From assembly GCA_964016885.1 (NCBI GenBank), contig OZ024756.1, positions 8,060,001-8,124,000 of the forward strand: DNA of 64,000 bases. The letters are read 5' to 3'. This DNA comes from Eledone cirrhosa (Eukaryota). Both the position numbers and the translations under genes were made by a program. The notes under the pieces were generated by a model. The model saw only the letters and a program-made list of their open reading frames with translations. It had not been told where the DNA came from and did no database searches. Below are positions 16,301-33,000 of this stretch, piece after piece; positions within the stretch are counted from its first letter, which is position 1, and each line of letters opens with the position of its first letter.

Positions 16301-19300
16301 CTTACTATATAACATTCTCTACATTATATAATCTATAGTCTTACTATATATATCACACTCTCTACAGTATCTACTCTATAATCTTACGATATCTCACTCT
16401 CTACATTATCTAATCTATAGTCTTACTATATCACACTCTCTACATTATCTAATCTATAGTCTTGCTATATTTATCTCATGCTCTACATTATTTAATCTTT
16501 AGTCTTACTATATCACACTCTCTTCATTATCTAATCTATAGTCTTAATATATATATCACACTCTCTAGATTACATAATGTATAGTCTTACTATATATATC
16601 ACATTCTCTGCAGTATCTAATCTATAGTCTTACTATATCTCATTCTCTACATTATCTAATCTATAGTCTTTCTATACGTATCACACTCTCTACAGTATCT
16701 AATCTATAGTCTTACTATATCTCACTCTCTACATTATCTAATCTATAGTATTACTATATGTCACTCTCTACATTATCTAATCTATTGTCTTACAATATAT
16801 ACCACACTCTCTACATTATCTAATCTATAGTCTTACAATATCACACTCTCTACATTATCTTATCTATAGTCTTACTATATCATACTCTCTACATTATCTA
16901 ATCTATAGTCTTACTATATCATACTCTCTATATTATCTAATATATAGTCTTATTATAACTCACTCTCTACATTGTATAATCTATACTCTTTCTATATCTC
17001 AATCTCTACATCATCTAATCTATAGTGTTACTATATATATCACACTCTCTACATTATCTAATCTATAGTCTTACTATATCCCTCTCTCTCTGCATTATCT
17101 AATCTATAGTCTTAATATATCACACTCTCTACATTATCTAATCTATAGTCTTACTATATCCGACTCTCTATAGTATCTAATCTATAGTCTTAATATATAT
17201 ATCACACTCTCTACATTATATAATCTATAGTCTTACTATATATATCACACTCTCTACAGTATCTAATCTATAGTCTTACTATATCTCACACTCTACATTA
17301 TCGAATCTATAGTCTTACTATATCACACTCACTACATTATCTAATATATAGTCTTAGTATATCACACTCTCTACATTATCTAATATATAGTCTTCCTATA
17401 TCACACTCTCTAGATTATCTAATCTACACTCTTACTATATATATCACACTCTCTACATTATCTAATATGTAGTCTTATTATATCTCACTCTCTAAATTAT
17501 ATAATATATAGTCTTTCTATATATATCACACTCTCTACATTATCTAATCTATAGTCTTAATATATATATCACACTCTCTAGATTATCTAATTTATAGTCT
17601 TACTATATATATCAGATGCCCTACTCTATCTAATCTATAGTCTTACTATTTATATCACACTCTCAACAGTATCTAATCTATAGTCTTACTATATCACACT
17701 CTCTACATTATCTGATCGTTAGTCTTACTATATCTCACTATCTGCATTATCTAATCTATAGTCTTACTATATCTTACTCTCTACGTTATCTAATCTATAG
17801 TCTTACTATATCATACTCTCTATATTATCGAAGATATAGTCTTACTATATCACACTCTCTACAATATTCAATCTATAGTCTTACTGTATCCCTTCCTCTA
17901 CATTATCTAATCTATAGTCTTAATATATCACACAATCTACATTATCTAATCCATAGTCTTAATAATTGTATCACATTCTCTACGTTATCTAATATATAGT
18001 CTTACTATAGATATCACACTCTCTAGATTATCTAATCTATAGTCTTACTATATCTCACTCTCTACATTATATAATCTATAGTCTTACTATATCACACTCT
18101 CTACATTATCTAATCTATAATCTTACTATATCACACTCACTACATTTTCTAATATATAGTCTTGTTATATCACACTCTCTAGATTATATAATATATAGTC
18201 TTACTATATATATCACACTCCCTACATTATCTAATATATAGACTTCTCTATCACACTCTCTTCATTATCTAATCTATATACTTACTATATCACACTCTCT
18301 ACATTATCTAATCTATAGCCTTAATATATCTCACTCTCTACATTATATAATCTATAGTCTTACTATATCTCACTCTCTACATTATCTAATCTATAGTCTT
18401 ACTATATCTCACCCTCTACATTATTTAATATATAGTCTTACTATATCTCACTCTCTACATTATCTAACGTATAGTCTTACAATATTTATCTCACGCTCTA
18501 CATTATTTAATCTATAGTCTTCCTAAATCTCACTCTCTACATTATCTAATCTATAGTCTTACTATATTTATCTCACTCTCTATATTATCTAATCTAGTCT
18601 CACTATATATATCACACTCTCTACAATATCTAATCTATAGTCTTAATATTTATATCACACTCTCAACAGTATAAAATCTATAGTCTTACTATATCTCACT
18701 CTCTACATTATCTAATCGATAGTCTTACTATAGCACTCTCTCAACATTATCTAATCTATAGTCTTACTATATATATCACACTCTCTACAGTATCTAATCT
18801 ATAGTCTTACTATATCTCACTCTCTACGTTGTCTATTCTATAGTTTTACTATATCAAACTCTCTACATTATCTAATCTATAGTCTTACTATATCACACTC
18901 ACTACCTTATCTAATCTATAGTCTTACTATATCACACTCTCTACATTATCTAATATATAGTCTTAATATATCTCACCCTCTACATTATCTAATATATAGT
19001 CTTAGTATATTTCACTCTCTACATTATCTAATATATAGTCTTACTATATCACACTCTCTACATTATCGAATCTATAGTCTTACTATATCACGTTCTCTAC
19101 ATTATCTAATCTATAGTCTTACTATATATATCTCACTCTCTACATTATCTAATCTATAGTCTTACTATACATATCACAATCACTACATTATATAATCTAT
19201 AGTCTTACTATATATATCACACTCTCTACAGTATCTACTCTATAATCTTACGATATCTCACTCTCTACATTATCTAATCTATAGTCTTACTATATCACAC

Positions 19301-22300
19301 TCTCTACATTATCTAATCTATAGTCTTGCTATATTTATCTCATGCTCTACATTATTTAATCTTTAGTCTTACTATATCACACTCTCTACATTATCTAATC
19401 TATAGTCTTAATATATATATCACACTCTCTAGATTACATAATGTATAGTCTTACTATATATATCACATTCTCTACAGTATCTAATCTATAGTCTTACTAT
19501 ATCTCACTCTCTACATTATCTAATCTATAGGTTTACTATATCTCATTCTCTACATTATCTAATCTATAGTCTTTCTATACGTATCACACTCTCTACAGTA
19601 TCTAATCTATAGTCTTACTATATCTCACTCTCTACATTATCTAATCTATAGTATTACTATATCTCACTCTCTACATTATCTAATCTATTGTCTTACAATA
19701 TATATACCACACTCTCTACATTATCTAATCTATAGTCTTACAATATCACACTCTCTACATTATCTTATCTATAGTCTTACTATATCATACTCTCTACATT
19801 ATCTAATCTATAGTCTTACTATATCATACACTCTATATTATCTAATATATAGTCTTATTATAACTTACTCTCTACATTGTATAATCTATACTCTTTCTAT
19901 ATCTCAATCTCTACATCATCTAATCTATAGTCTTACTATATATATCACACTCTCTACATTATCTAATCTATAGTCTTACTATATCCCTCTCTCTCTGCAT
20001 TATCTAATCTATAGTCTTAATATATCACACTCTCTACATTATCTAATCTATAGTCTTACTATATCACGTTCTCTACATTATCTAATCTATAGTCTTACTA
20101 TATATATCTCACTCTCTACATTATCTAATCTATAGTCTTACTATACATATCACAATCACTACATTATATAATCTATAGTCTTACTATATATATCACACTC
20201 TCTACAGTATCTAATCTATAGTCTGACTATATCACCCTCTCTACATTATCTAATATATAGTCTTACTATATCACACTCACTACATTATATAATATATAGT
20301 CTTACCATATCAGACTCTCGACATTATATAGTCTATAGTCTTACTATATAACACTCTCTACATTATATAATCTATAGTCTTACTATATATATCACACTCT
20401 CTACAGTATCTACTCTATAATCTTACGATATCTCACTGTCTACATTATCTAAACTATAGTCTTACTATATCACACTCTCTACATTATCTAATTTATAGTC
20501 TTGCTATATTTATCTCATGCTCTACATTATTTAATCTTTAGTCTTACTATATCACACTCTCTACATTATCTAATCTATAGTCTTAATATACATATCACAC
20601 TGTCTACATTGTATAATCTATAGTCTTACTATATATATCACACTCTCTACAGTATCTAATCTATAGTCTTACTATATCTCACTCTCTACATTATCTAATC
20701 TATAGTCTTACGATATCTCACTCTCTACATTCACTAATATATAGTCTTAGTATATCACACTCACTACATTATTTAATATATATTCTTACTATATCACACT
20801 CTCTACATTATCTAATCTACATTCTTACTATATCACACACTCTACATTATCTAATCTATAATCTTATTATATATATCACACTCTCTACATTATCTAATAT
20901 ATAGTCTTGCTATATCTCACTCTCTACATTATCTAATCTATAGTCTTAGTATATATATCACACTCTCTACATTATCTAATCTATAGTCTCACTATATCAC
21001 ACTCTCTACATTATCTAATCTATAGTCTTACTATTTCTCACTTTCTACATTCTCTAATCTATAGTCTTACTATATCACAGTCTCTACGTTATCTAATCTC
21101 TATGTTACTACATATATCACACTCTCTACATTATCTAATCTAGAGTCTTACTATATATATCATACACTACATTATCTAATCTATAGCCCTACTATATCAC
21201 TCTCTCTACATTATCTAATCTAAAGTATTACTATATCACACTCTCTACATAATCTAATCTACCGTCTTACTACATATATCACACACTCTACATTATCTAA
21301 TCTATAATCTTACTATATCTCACTCTCTACATTATCTAATCGATAGTCTTACTACAGCACTCTCTCAACATTATCTAATCTATAGTCTTACTATATATAT
21401 CACACTCTCTACAGTATCTAATCTATAGTCTTACTATATCTCACTCTCTACATTGTCTATTCTATAGTTTTACTATATCACACTCTCTACATTATCCAAT
21501 CTATAGTCTTACTATATCACACTCTCTACCTTATCTAATCTATAGTCTTACTATATCACACTCTCTACATTATCTAATCTATAATCTTACTATACATATC
21601 ACACTCTCAACCTTATCATATATATGGTCTTACTATATCACACTCTCTATATTATCTAATCTATAGTCTTACTATATCACACTCTCTACATTATCTAATC
21701 TATAGTCTTAATATATATATCACACTCTCTAGATTACATAATGTATAGTCTTACTATATATATCACATTCTCTACAGTATCTAATCTATAGTCTTACTAT
21801 ATCTCACTCTCTACATTATCTAATCTATAGGTTTACTATATCTCATTCTCTACATTATCTAATCTATAGTCTTTCTATACGTATCACACTCTCTACAGTA
21901 TCTAATCTATAGTCTTACTATATCTCACTCTCTACATTGTCTAATCTATAGTATTACTATATCTCACTCTCTACGTTACGTAATCTATAGTCTTACTATA
22001 TCACACTCACTACATTATCTAATATATAGTCTTACCATATCACACTCTCTACATTATCTAATCTATAATCTTACTATATCACACTCTCTACATTATTTAA
22101 TCTATAGTCTTGCTATATTTATCTCACGCTCTACATTATCTAATCCATAGTCTTACTATATATATCACAATTTCTACATTATCTAATCTATAGTCTTACT
22201 ATATATATTAGACGCTCTACACTATCTAATCTATAGTCTTACTATATATATCACCCTCTACATTATGTAATCTATAGTCTTACTATATCACACTCTCTAC

Positions 22301-23830
22301 ATTATTTATTCTATAGTCTTGCTATATTTATCTCATGCTCTACATTATTTAATCTATAGTCTTATTATATCATACTCTCTATATTATCTAATATATTGTG
22401 TTACTATATCACACTCTCTACATTATCCAATCTATAGTCTTACTATATCACACTCTCAACATTTTCTAATCTATAGTCTTACTATATCATATTCTCTACA
22501 TTATCTGATCTATAGTCTTACTCTTTCTCACTCTGTACATTATCTAATCTATAGTCTTACTATATATATCACACTCTCTACATTATCTAATCTATAGGCT
22601 TGCTATATTTATCTCACGCTCTACATTATTTAATATATAGTCTTACTATATATATCTCACTCTCTACATTATCTAATGTATAGTTTTACTATATCACACT
22701 CTATACATTAACTAATCTATAGTCTTACTATATCATATTCTCTACATTATCTGATCTATAGTCTTACTATATTTATCTCACGCTCTACATTATTTAATCT
22801 ATAGTCTCCTATATCTCACTCACTACATTATCTAATCTATAGTCTTACTATATATATCTCACTCTCTACATTATCTAATCTATAGTCTTACTATACATAT
22901 CACACACTTTACATTCTCTAACTAGAGTCTTACTATATTACACTCTCTACATTATCTAACTTATAGTCTTACTATATATATCACACTCTGTACATTATCT
23001 AATCTATAGTCTTACTATAGCACACTCTCTATATTATCTAATATATGGTCTTATCATATCACACTCTCTACATTATCTAATATATAGTCTTACTATATCA
23101 CACTCACTACATTATCTTATCTATAGACTTACTATATCACACTCTCTACATTATCTAATCTATAGTCTTAATATATATATCACACTCTCTACATTATATA
23201 AATGTATAGTCTCACTATATATATCACACTCTCTACAGTATCTAATCTATAATCTTACTATATCTCACTCTCTACATTATCTAATGTATAGTTTTACTAT
23301 ATCACACTCTCTACATTATCCAATCTATAGTCATCCTATATCTCAATCTCTACATTATCTAATCTATAGTCTTACTATACATATCACACTCTCTACATTA
23401 TATAATCTATTGTCTTACTATATATATCACACTCTCTACATTATCTAATCTATATTCTTACTATATCACACGCTCTAAATTATCTAATCTACAATCTTAC
23501 TATATATATCACACTCTCTACATAATATAATCTATAGTCTTACTATATATATCACACTCTCTACATTATCTAATCTATATTCTTAATATATCACACTCTC
23601 TATATTATCTAATCTGTAATCTTACTATATATCACACACTCTACATTATCTAATATATAGTCTTATTATATCTCACTCTCTACATTATATAATTTATAGT
23701 CTTACTATATATCTCACACTCTGTCCATTATCTAATCTATAGTCTTACTATATCACACTCTCTAAATTATCTAATATATAGTCTTACTATATCACACTCT
23801 CTACATTATCTAATCTATAGTTTTATTATA
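10350..23830 (+). repeat. Dispersed block duplication of ~2.2 kb (~10350-12500 vs ~21560-23830), offset ~11.2-11.3 kb
   Basis: AACCTTATCATATATATGG at 10401/21609, ATTAGACGCT at 10921/22207 and TGTCCATT at 12391/23722. Pseudo-ORFs start at 10992/22319. Confidence 0.88.
13930..20060 (+). repeat. Higher-order tandem duplication, 2 copies of ~2.86-2.9 kb plus the start of a third
   Basis: ATATCCCTCTCTCTCTGCAT at 14221, 17076 and 19981 (offsets 2855, 2905). TTATCGAAGA at 14841/17825 (offset 2984, after 3 extra monomers in copy 2). Confidence 0.9.
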
Positions 23831-24129
23831 TATATCACATTATCTAATCTATAGTCTTACTATATTTATCTCACGCTCTACATTATTTAATCTATAGTCA
23901 TCCTATATCTCAATCTCTACATTATCTAATCTATAGTCTTACTATACATATCACACTCTCTACATTATATAATCTATTGTCTTACTATATATATCACACT
24001 GTCTACATTATCTAATTTATAGTCTTACTATATCATACTTTCTATATTATCTAATATATAGTCTTACTATATCTCACTCTCTACATTATCTAATCTATAG
24101 TCTTACTATATCACACTCTCTACATTATC

Positions 24130-27050
24130 TAATCTATAGTGTTAATATATATATCACACTATCTACATTATCTAATCTATAGTCTTACTAAAGATATCAC
24201 CCTCTCTACAGTATCTAATCTATAGTCTTACTATATGTCACTCTCTACATTATCTAATCTATAGTATAACTATAGATTACTCTCTGCATTATCTAATATA
24301 TAGTCTTAATATTTATATCAGACTCTCTACATTATCTAATCTAGAGTCTTACTATATATATCACACTCTCTACAGTAGCTAAACTAGAGTCTTACTATAT
24401 CTCACTCTCTACATTATCTAATCTATAGTCTTACTATATCACACTCACTACATTATCTAATCTATAGTTTTACAATATATATCACACTCTCTACATTATA
24501 TAATATATAGTCTTACCATATCACACTCTCTACATTATCTAATCTATAGTCTTATTATATCACACTCTCTACATTATCTAATCTATACTCTTGCTATATT
24601 TCTCTCACGCTCTACATTATTTAATCTATAGTCTTACCATATCTCACTCTCTACATTGTCTAATATATAGTCTTACTATATATATCACACTCTCTACATT
24701 ATCTAATGTATTGTCTTACTATATCACATTCTCTACATTATGTAATCTATAGCTTTACCATATCACACTCTCTACATTATCTAAACTCTAGTCTTACTAT
24801 ATCTCACACTCTACATTATCTAATCTATAGTCTTAATATATCACACTCTCTACGTTATCTAATCTATAGACTTACTATATATATCTCACTCACTACATTA
24901 TCTAATATATAGTCTTACTATATTTATCTCACGCTCTACATTATTTAATCTATAGTCTTACTATATCTCACTCTCTACATTATCTAATCTATAGTCTTAC
25001 TATGTATACCTCACTCTCTACATTATCTACTCTATAGTCTTATTATACATATCACACTCTCTACATTATCTAATCTATAGTCTTACTATGTATACCTCAA
25101 TCTCTACATTATCTACTCTATAGTCTTATTATACATATCACACTCTCAACAGTATCTAATATATAGTCTTATCATATCACACTCCCTACATTATCTAATC
25201 TATAGTCTTCCTATATCGCACTCTCTACATTATCTAATCTATACTCTTGCTATATTTATCTCATGCTCTACATTATTTAATGTATAGTCTTACTATATCT
25301 CACTCTCTACATTATCTCATATCTAGTCTTACTATACATATCACAATCACTACATTATATAATCTATAGTCTTACTATATATATCACACTCTCTACTGTA
25401 TCTAATCTATAGTCTATCTATATCACCCTCTCTACATTATCTAATATATAGTCGTACTATATCACACTCACTACATTATATAATATATAGTCTTACCATA
25501 TCACACTCTCGACATTATATAATCTATAGTCTTACTATATAACACTCTCTACATTATATAATCTATAGTCTTACTATATATATCACACTCTCTACAATAT
25601 CTACTCTATAATCTTACGATATCTCACTCTCTACATTATCTAATCTATAGTCTTACTATATCACACTCTCTACATTATCTAATCTACATTCTTACTATAT
25701 CACACACTCTACATTATCTAATCTATAATCTTACTATATATATCACACTCTCTACATTATCTAATATATAGTCTTGCTATATCACACTCTCTATATTATC
25801 TAATCTATAGTCTTACAATATCTCACTCTCTACATTATCTAATCTATAGTCTTAGTATATATATCACACTCTCTACATTATCTAATCTATAGCCCTACTA
25901 TATCACTCTCTCTACATTATCTAATCTAAAGTCTTACTATATCACACTCTCTACATAATCTAATCTATAGTCTTACTACATATATCACACTCTCTACATT
26001 ATCTAATCGATAGTCTTACTATAGCACTCTCTCAACATTATCTAATCTATAGTCTTACTATATATATCACACTCTTTACAGTATCTAATCTATAGTCTTA
26101 CTATATCTCACTCTCTACATTGTCTATTCTATAGTTTTACTATATCACACTCTCTACATTATCCAATCTATAGTCTTACTATATCACACTCTCTACCTTA
26201 TCTAATCTATAGTCTTACTATATCACACTCTCTACATTATCTAATATATAGTCTTAATATATCTCACCCTCTACATTATCTAATATATAGTCTTACTATA
26301 TCACACTCTCTACATTATCGAATCAATAGTCTTACTATATCATATTCTCTACATTATCTAATCTATAGTCTTACTATATATATCTCACTCTCTAAATTAT
26401 CTAATCTATAATGTTAATATATATATCACACTATCTACATTATCTAATCTATAGTCTTACTATAGATATCACCCTCTCTACAGTATCTAATCTATAGTCT
26501 TACTATATGTCTCTCTCTACATTATCTAATCTATAGTATAACTATATATCACTCTCTACATTATCTAATATATAGTCTTACTATATATATCACACGCTCT
26601 AAAATATCTAATCTAGAGTCTTACTATATATATCACACTCTCTACAGTAGCTAATCTATAGTCTTACTATATCTCACTCTCTACATTATCTAATCTATAG
26701 TCTTACAATATATATCACACTCTCTACATTATATAATATATAGTCTTACCATATCACACTCTCTACATTATCTAATCTATAGTCTTATTATATCAAACTC
26801 TCTACATTATCTAATCTATAATCTTGCTTTATTTATCTCACGCTCTACATTATTTAATCTATACTCTTACTATATCTCACTCTCTACATTGTCTAATATA
26901 TAGTCTTACTATATATATCACACTCTCTACATTATCTAATGTATTGCCTTACTATATCACACTCTCTACATTATGTAATCTATAGTCTTACTATGTCACA
27001 TTCTCTACATTATGTAATCTATAGTTTTACTATATCACACTGTCTACATT
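24130..27050 (+). repeat. Block duplication of ~0.65 kb (~24130-24780 vs ~26410-27050), offset ~2.25 kb
   Basis: ACAGTAGCT at 24372/26644. Shared GTTAATAT, AGATATCACCC and GTATAACTA variants occur in the same order. Pseudo-ORFs start at 24706/26939. Confidence 0.8.
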
Positions 27051-30000
27051 ATCTAATCTATAGTCTTACTATATCACATTCTCTACATTATCTAATCTAT
27101 AGTCTTATTATATCACACTCTCTACATTATCTAATATATAGTCTTACTATATCACATTCTCTACATTATGTAATCTATATTCCTTCTATATAACACGCAC
27201 TACATTATCTAATCTATAATCTTACTATATATATCACACTCTCTATATTATCTACTATATTGTCTTACTATATCGCACTCTCTACATTATCTAATCTATA
27301 TTCTTACTATATCACACTATCTACGTTATCTAATCTATAATCTTACTATATATCAGACACTCTACATTATCTAATATATAGCCTTATTATATCTCATTCT
27401 CTACATTAAATAATCCCTAGTCTTACTATATATATCACACTCTCTACATTATCTAATCTATAGTCTTACTATATATATAACAATATCTACATTATCTAAT
27501 CTATAGTCTTACTATATCAGACTCACTATATTATCTAATATATAGTCTTACTATATATCACTCTCTACATTATATAATATATAGTCTTACTATATCTCAC
27601 TATCTACATTATCTAATCTATAGTCTTACTATATATATCACACTCTCTACATTCTTCTAATATATAGTCTTACTATATATATCACACGCTCTACATTATC
27701 TAATCTAGAGTCTTACTCTATATATCACACTCTCTACAGTATCTAATCTATAGTCTTACTATATCTCACTCTCTACATTATCTAATCTATAGTATTACTA
27801 TATCTCACTCTCTAGATTATCTAATCTAGAGTCTTACTATATCACACTCACTACATTATCTAATATATTATCTTACCATATCACACTCTCTACATTATCT
27901 AATCTATAGTCATACTATGTCACACTCTCTACATTATTTAATCTATAGTCTTATTAATTCTCACTCTCTACATTATCTGATCTATAGACTTACAATATAT
28001 ATCACACTTGTGTACATTATCTAATCTATAGTATTACTATATCAGACTCTCTACTTTATCTAATCTAAAGTCTTACTATATATATCACACTCTCTACATT
28101 ATCTAATATATAATCTTACTATATCACACTCTCTACATTATCAAATCTATAGTATTACTATATCACACTCTCTACATTAGCTAAACAATAGTCATACTAT
28201 ATATATTACTCTCTGTACATTATCTAATCTATAGTCTTACTATATCACACTCTCTATGTTATCTAATCTATAGTCTTACTATATATATCACACTCTCTAC
28301 ATTATCTATAGTCTTACTATATCACATTCTCTACATTACCTAATCTATAGTCTTGCTATATCACACTCTCTACATTATCTAATCTATAGTCTTACTATAT
28401 ATATCACACTCTCTACATTATCTAATCTATAGTCTTACTATATCAGACTCTCTACATTATCAAATCTATAGTATTACTATATCACACTCTCTACATTAGC
28501 TAAACAATAGTCATACTATATATATTACTCTCTGTACATTATCTAATCTATAGTCTTACTATATCACACTCTCTATGTTATCTAATCTATAGTCTTACTA
28601 TATATATCACACTCTCTACATTATCTAATATATAGTCTTACTATATCACACTCTCTACATTATCTAATCTATAGCCTTACTATATCACACTCTCTACATT
28701 ATCTAATCTATAGACTTACTATAACACACTCTCTACATTATCTAATCTATAGTCTTACTATATCACACTCTCCACATTAACTAATCTATAGACTTACTAT
28801 ATCACACTCTCTTCATAATCTAATCTATAGTCTTACTATATATATCACACTCTCTACATTATCTAATCTATCGTGTTACTATATATATCACACTCTCTAC
28901 ATTATCTAATATATAGTCTTACTATATCACACTCTCTACATTATCTAATCTATAGTCTTACTATATATATCACACTCTCTACATTATCTAATATATAGTC
29001 TTACTATATATATCACACTCTGTACATTATCTAATCTATAGACTTACTATATATGTCACACTCTGTACATTATGTAATCTATCGTATTACTATATCAGAC
29101 TCTCAACATTATCTAATCTATAGTCTTACTATATCACACACTATATCACACTCTTTCTACATTATCTAATCTATAGTCTTACTAAATCACACACTCTTCA
29201 TAATATAATCTATAGTCTTTCTATATATATCACACTCTCTACATTATCTAATCTATAGTCTTACTATATATATCACACTCTCTGCAGTATCTAATCTATA
29301 GTCATACTATATCTCACTCTCTACATTATCTAATATATAGTCTTACCATATCATACTCTCTACATTATCTAATATATAGTCTTACTATATCTCACTCTTT
29401 GCATTATCTAATATATAGTATTATTATATCACACTCTCTCTATATTATCTAATCTATAGTCTTACTATACATATCACACTCGCTACATTATCTAATCTAT
29501 AGTTTTACTATATATATCTCACTCTCTACGTTATCTAATCTATAGTCTTTCTATATCACACCCTCTAATTTATCTAATATTTAGTCTTACTATATCACAC
29601 TCTCTACATTATCTAATCTATAGTCTTACTATATATATATCACACTCTCTACATTATCTGATATAGAGTCTTACTTTATATCACTCTCTACATTATCTAA
29701 TATATAGTCTTACCATATCACACTCTCTATATTATCTAATCTATAGTTTTACTATATACATCTCACTCTCTACATTATCTAATTTATATTCTTACTATAT
29801 CTCACACTCGACATTATGTAATGTATGCTCTTACTATATATATCTCACTCTCTACATTATGTAATCTATAATCTTACTATATTTATCTCACACTCTACAA
29901 TATCTAATCTAAAATCTTACTATATCACATTCTGTACATTATCTAATCCATACTCTTACTATATCTTACTCTCTATATTATCTAACATATAGTCTTACTA

Positions 30001-33000
30001 TGTCACAATCTCTACATTATCTAAACTATGGACTTAATATATCACACTCTCTACATTATCTAACCTATAGCCTTACTATATCGCACTCACTACATTATCT
30101 AACCTATAGTCTTTCTATATATATCACACTCTTTAAATTATCAAATCTATAGTCTTACTATATATATCACACTCTCTGCAGTATCTAATCTATAGTCATA
30201 CTATATCGCACTCTCTACATTATCTAATATATAGTCTTACCATATCATACTCTCTACATTATCTAATATATAGTCTTACTATATCTCACTCTCTATATTA
30301 TCTAATCTATAGTCTTACTATATCTCACTCTCTACATTATCTAATCTATAGACTTACTCTATCACACTCTCTACATTATCTAACATATTGTCTTGCCATA
30401 TCACACTCTCTACATTATCTAATCTATAGACTTACTATATCACACTCTCTACATCATCTAATCTATAGTCTTCCTATATCACACTCTCTACATTATCTAA
30501 TCTATAGCCTTACCATATCACACTCTCTACATTATCTAATCTATAGCCTTACTATATCACACTCTCTACATTATGTAATATATTGTCTAGCCATATCACA
30601 CTCTCTACTTTATCTAAACTATAGTCTTACTCTATCATACTCTCTACATCATAAAATCTATAGTCTTACTATATCACACTCTCTACATTATCTAACCTAT
30701 AATCTTACTAAATATATATCAGACTCTCTACATTATCTAATATATAGTCTTGCCATATCATACTCTCTCCATTATCTAATCTATAGTCTTACTATATCTC
30801 ACTCTCTACATTATCTAATCTATAGACTTACTATATCACACTCTCTACATTTTCTAATCTATAGTCTTACTATAGATATCTAACGCTCTACTTATCTAAT
30901 CTATAGTCTTACTATATCACACTCTCTACATTTTCTAATCTATAGTCTTACTATATATATCACACTCTCTACATTATCTAATCTATAGCCTTACTATATC
31001 ACACTCTCTACATTATCTAATCTATAGCCTTACTATATCACACTCTCTACATTATTTAATCTATAGTCTTACTATATCGCACTCACTACATTATCTAATA
31101 TGTAGTCTTACTATATATAATCTCACTGTCTAAATTATCTCATATATAGTCTTACTATATCACAATCTCTACATTATCTAATCTATAGTCTTACTATATC
31201 ACAATCTCTACATTATCTAATCGATAGCGTTACTATATCACACGCTCTACATTATCTAATCGATAGCGTTACTATATCACACTATCTACATTATCTAATT
31301 CATAGTCTTACTATATCACACTCTTTACATCATCTAATCTATAGTCTTACTATTTCACACTCTCTACAATATCTAATCTATAGTCTTACCATATATATGA
31401 CATTCCCTGTAGTATCTTATCTATAGTCTTACTAAATCACTCTCTCTACATTATCTTATCCATAGTCTTACTATATATATCACACTCTCTGCAGTATCTA
31501 ATCTATAGTATTACTATATCTCACTCTATACAGTATCTAATATGTAGTCTTACTATATCTAATATGAAGTCTTACTATATCTATATTTTCTAATATATAG
31601 CCTTACCTTATATATCACACTCTCTACATTATCTAATATATAGTCTTACTAGATCACGATCTCTACATTATCTAATCTATAGTCTTACTATATATATCAC
31701 ACTCTCTACATTAATTAATCTATAGCCTTACTATATCACACTCTCTACATTATCTAATATATAGTCTTGCCATATCAGACTCTCTACATTATCTAATCTA
31801 CAGTCTTACTATATCACACTCTCTACATTATATAATCTATAGTCTTACTATATCACGCTCACTACATTATCTAATCTATAGTCTTACTATATATATCACA
31901 CTCTCTACATTATCTAATCTGTAGCCTTACTATATCACACTCTCTACATTATCTAATATATTGTCTAGCCATATCACACTCTCTACATCATCTAATCTAT
32001 AGTCTTTCTATATCACACTCTCTACATTATCTTATCTATAGTCTTACTATATATATCACACTCTCTACATTATCTAATCTATAGACTTACGATATCACAC
32101 TCTACACATTATCTAATCTATAGCCTTAATATATCACACTCTCTACAATATTCTATGTATAGTCTTACTATATATATGACACTCTCTACATTATATAATA
32201 TATAGGCTTACTATATCACACTCTCTACATTATCTAATCTATAGTCTTAATATATATATCTTACTGACTCTCTACATTATCTAATCTATAGTCTTACTAT
32301 ATCACACTCTCTACATAATCTAATCTATAGTCTTACTATATATATCACACTCTCTACATTATCTTATCTATAGTCTTACTATATATATCAAACTCTCTAC
32401 ATTATCTAAACTATAGCCTTACTATATCACATTCTCTACATTATCTAATATATAGCCTTTCTATATCACCCTCACTACATTATCTAATATATAGTCTTAC
32501 TATATCACACTCTGTACGTTATATAAACTATAGTCTTACTACATCACACACTCTGCATTATCTCATCTATAGTCTTACTATATCACACTCTCTAAATTAT
32601 TTAATCAATTGTCTTACTATATCTGACTCTCTACATTATCTAATCTAAAGTCTTACTATATTTATCTCACACTCTACATTATCTAATCTATAGTCTTACT
32701 ATATATATCGCACTCTCTACATTATCTAATCTATAGTCATACTATATATATCACACTCTCTACATTATCTAATGTATAGTCTTACTATATATATCACACT
32801 CTCTACATTATCTAATCTATAGTCTTACTATATATATATCACACTCTCTACATTATCTATTCTATAGTCTTACTGTATCACACTATCTACATCATCTAAT
32901 CTATAGTCATACTATATATATCACACTCTCTACATTATCTAATATATAGTCTTACTATATATATCACACTCTCTACATTATCTAATCTATAGTCTTACTA

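Larger units (their letters stand above)
1..27200 (+). repeat. Satellite subfamily domain A
   Basis: Frequent variants TAATATATAG, CTACAGTATC, CACTCACTAC, CTTACCATATC and TATTTATCTCACGC/CATGC. The domain-B markers CTCGGTAC, CTAGCTTATC, AAATGTCTCAC and TCATTCTCCC were not seen here. Confidence 0.75.

Noticed and set aside
17600-17640. Odd sequence ATCAGATGCCCTACTCTATC as a possible foreign insertion
   Set aside because: It aligns without gaps to ATCACACTCTCTACATTATC. It is a heavily substituted monomer within three extra units of the second HOR copy.
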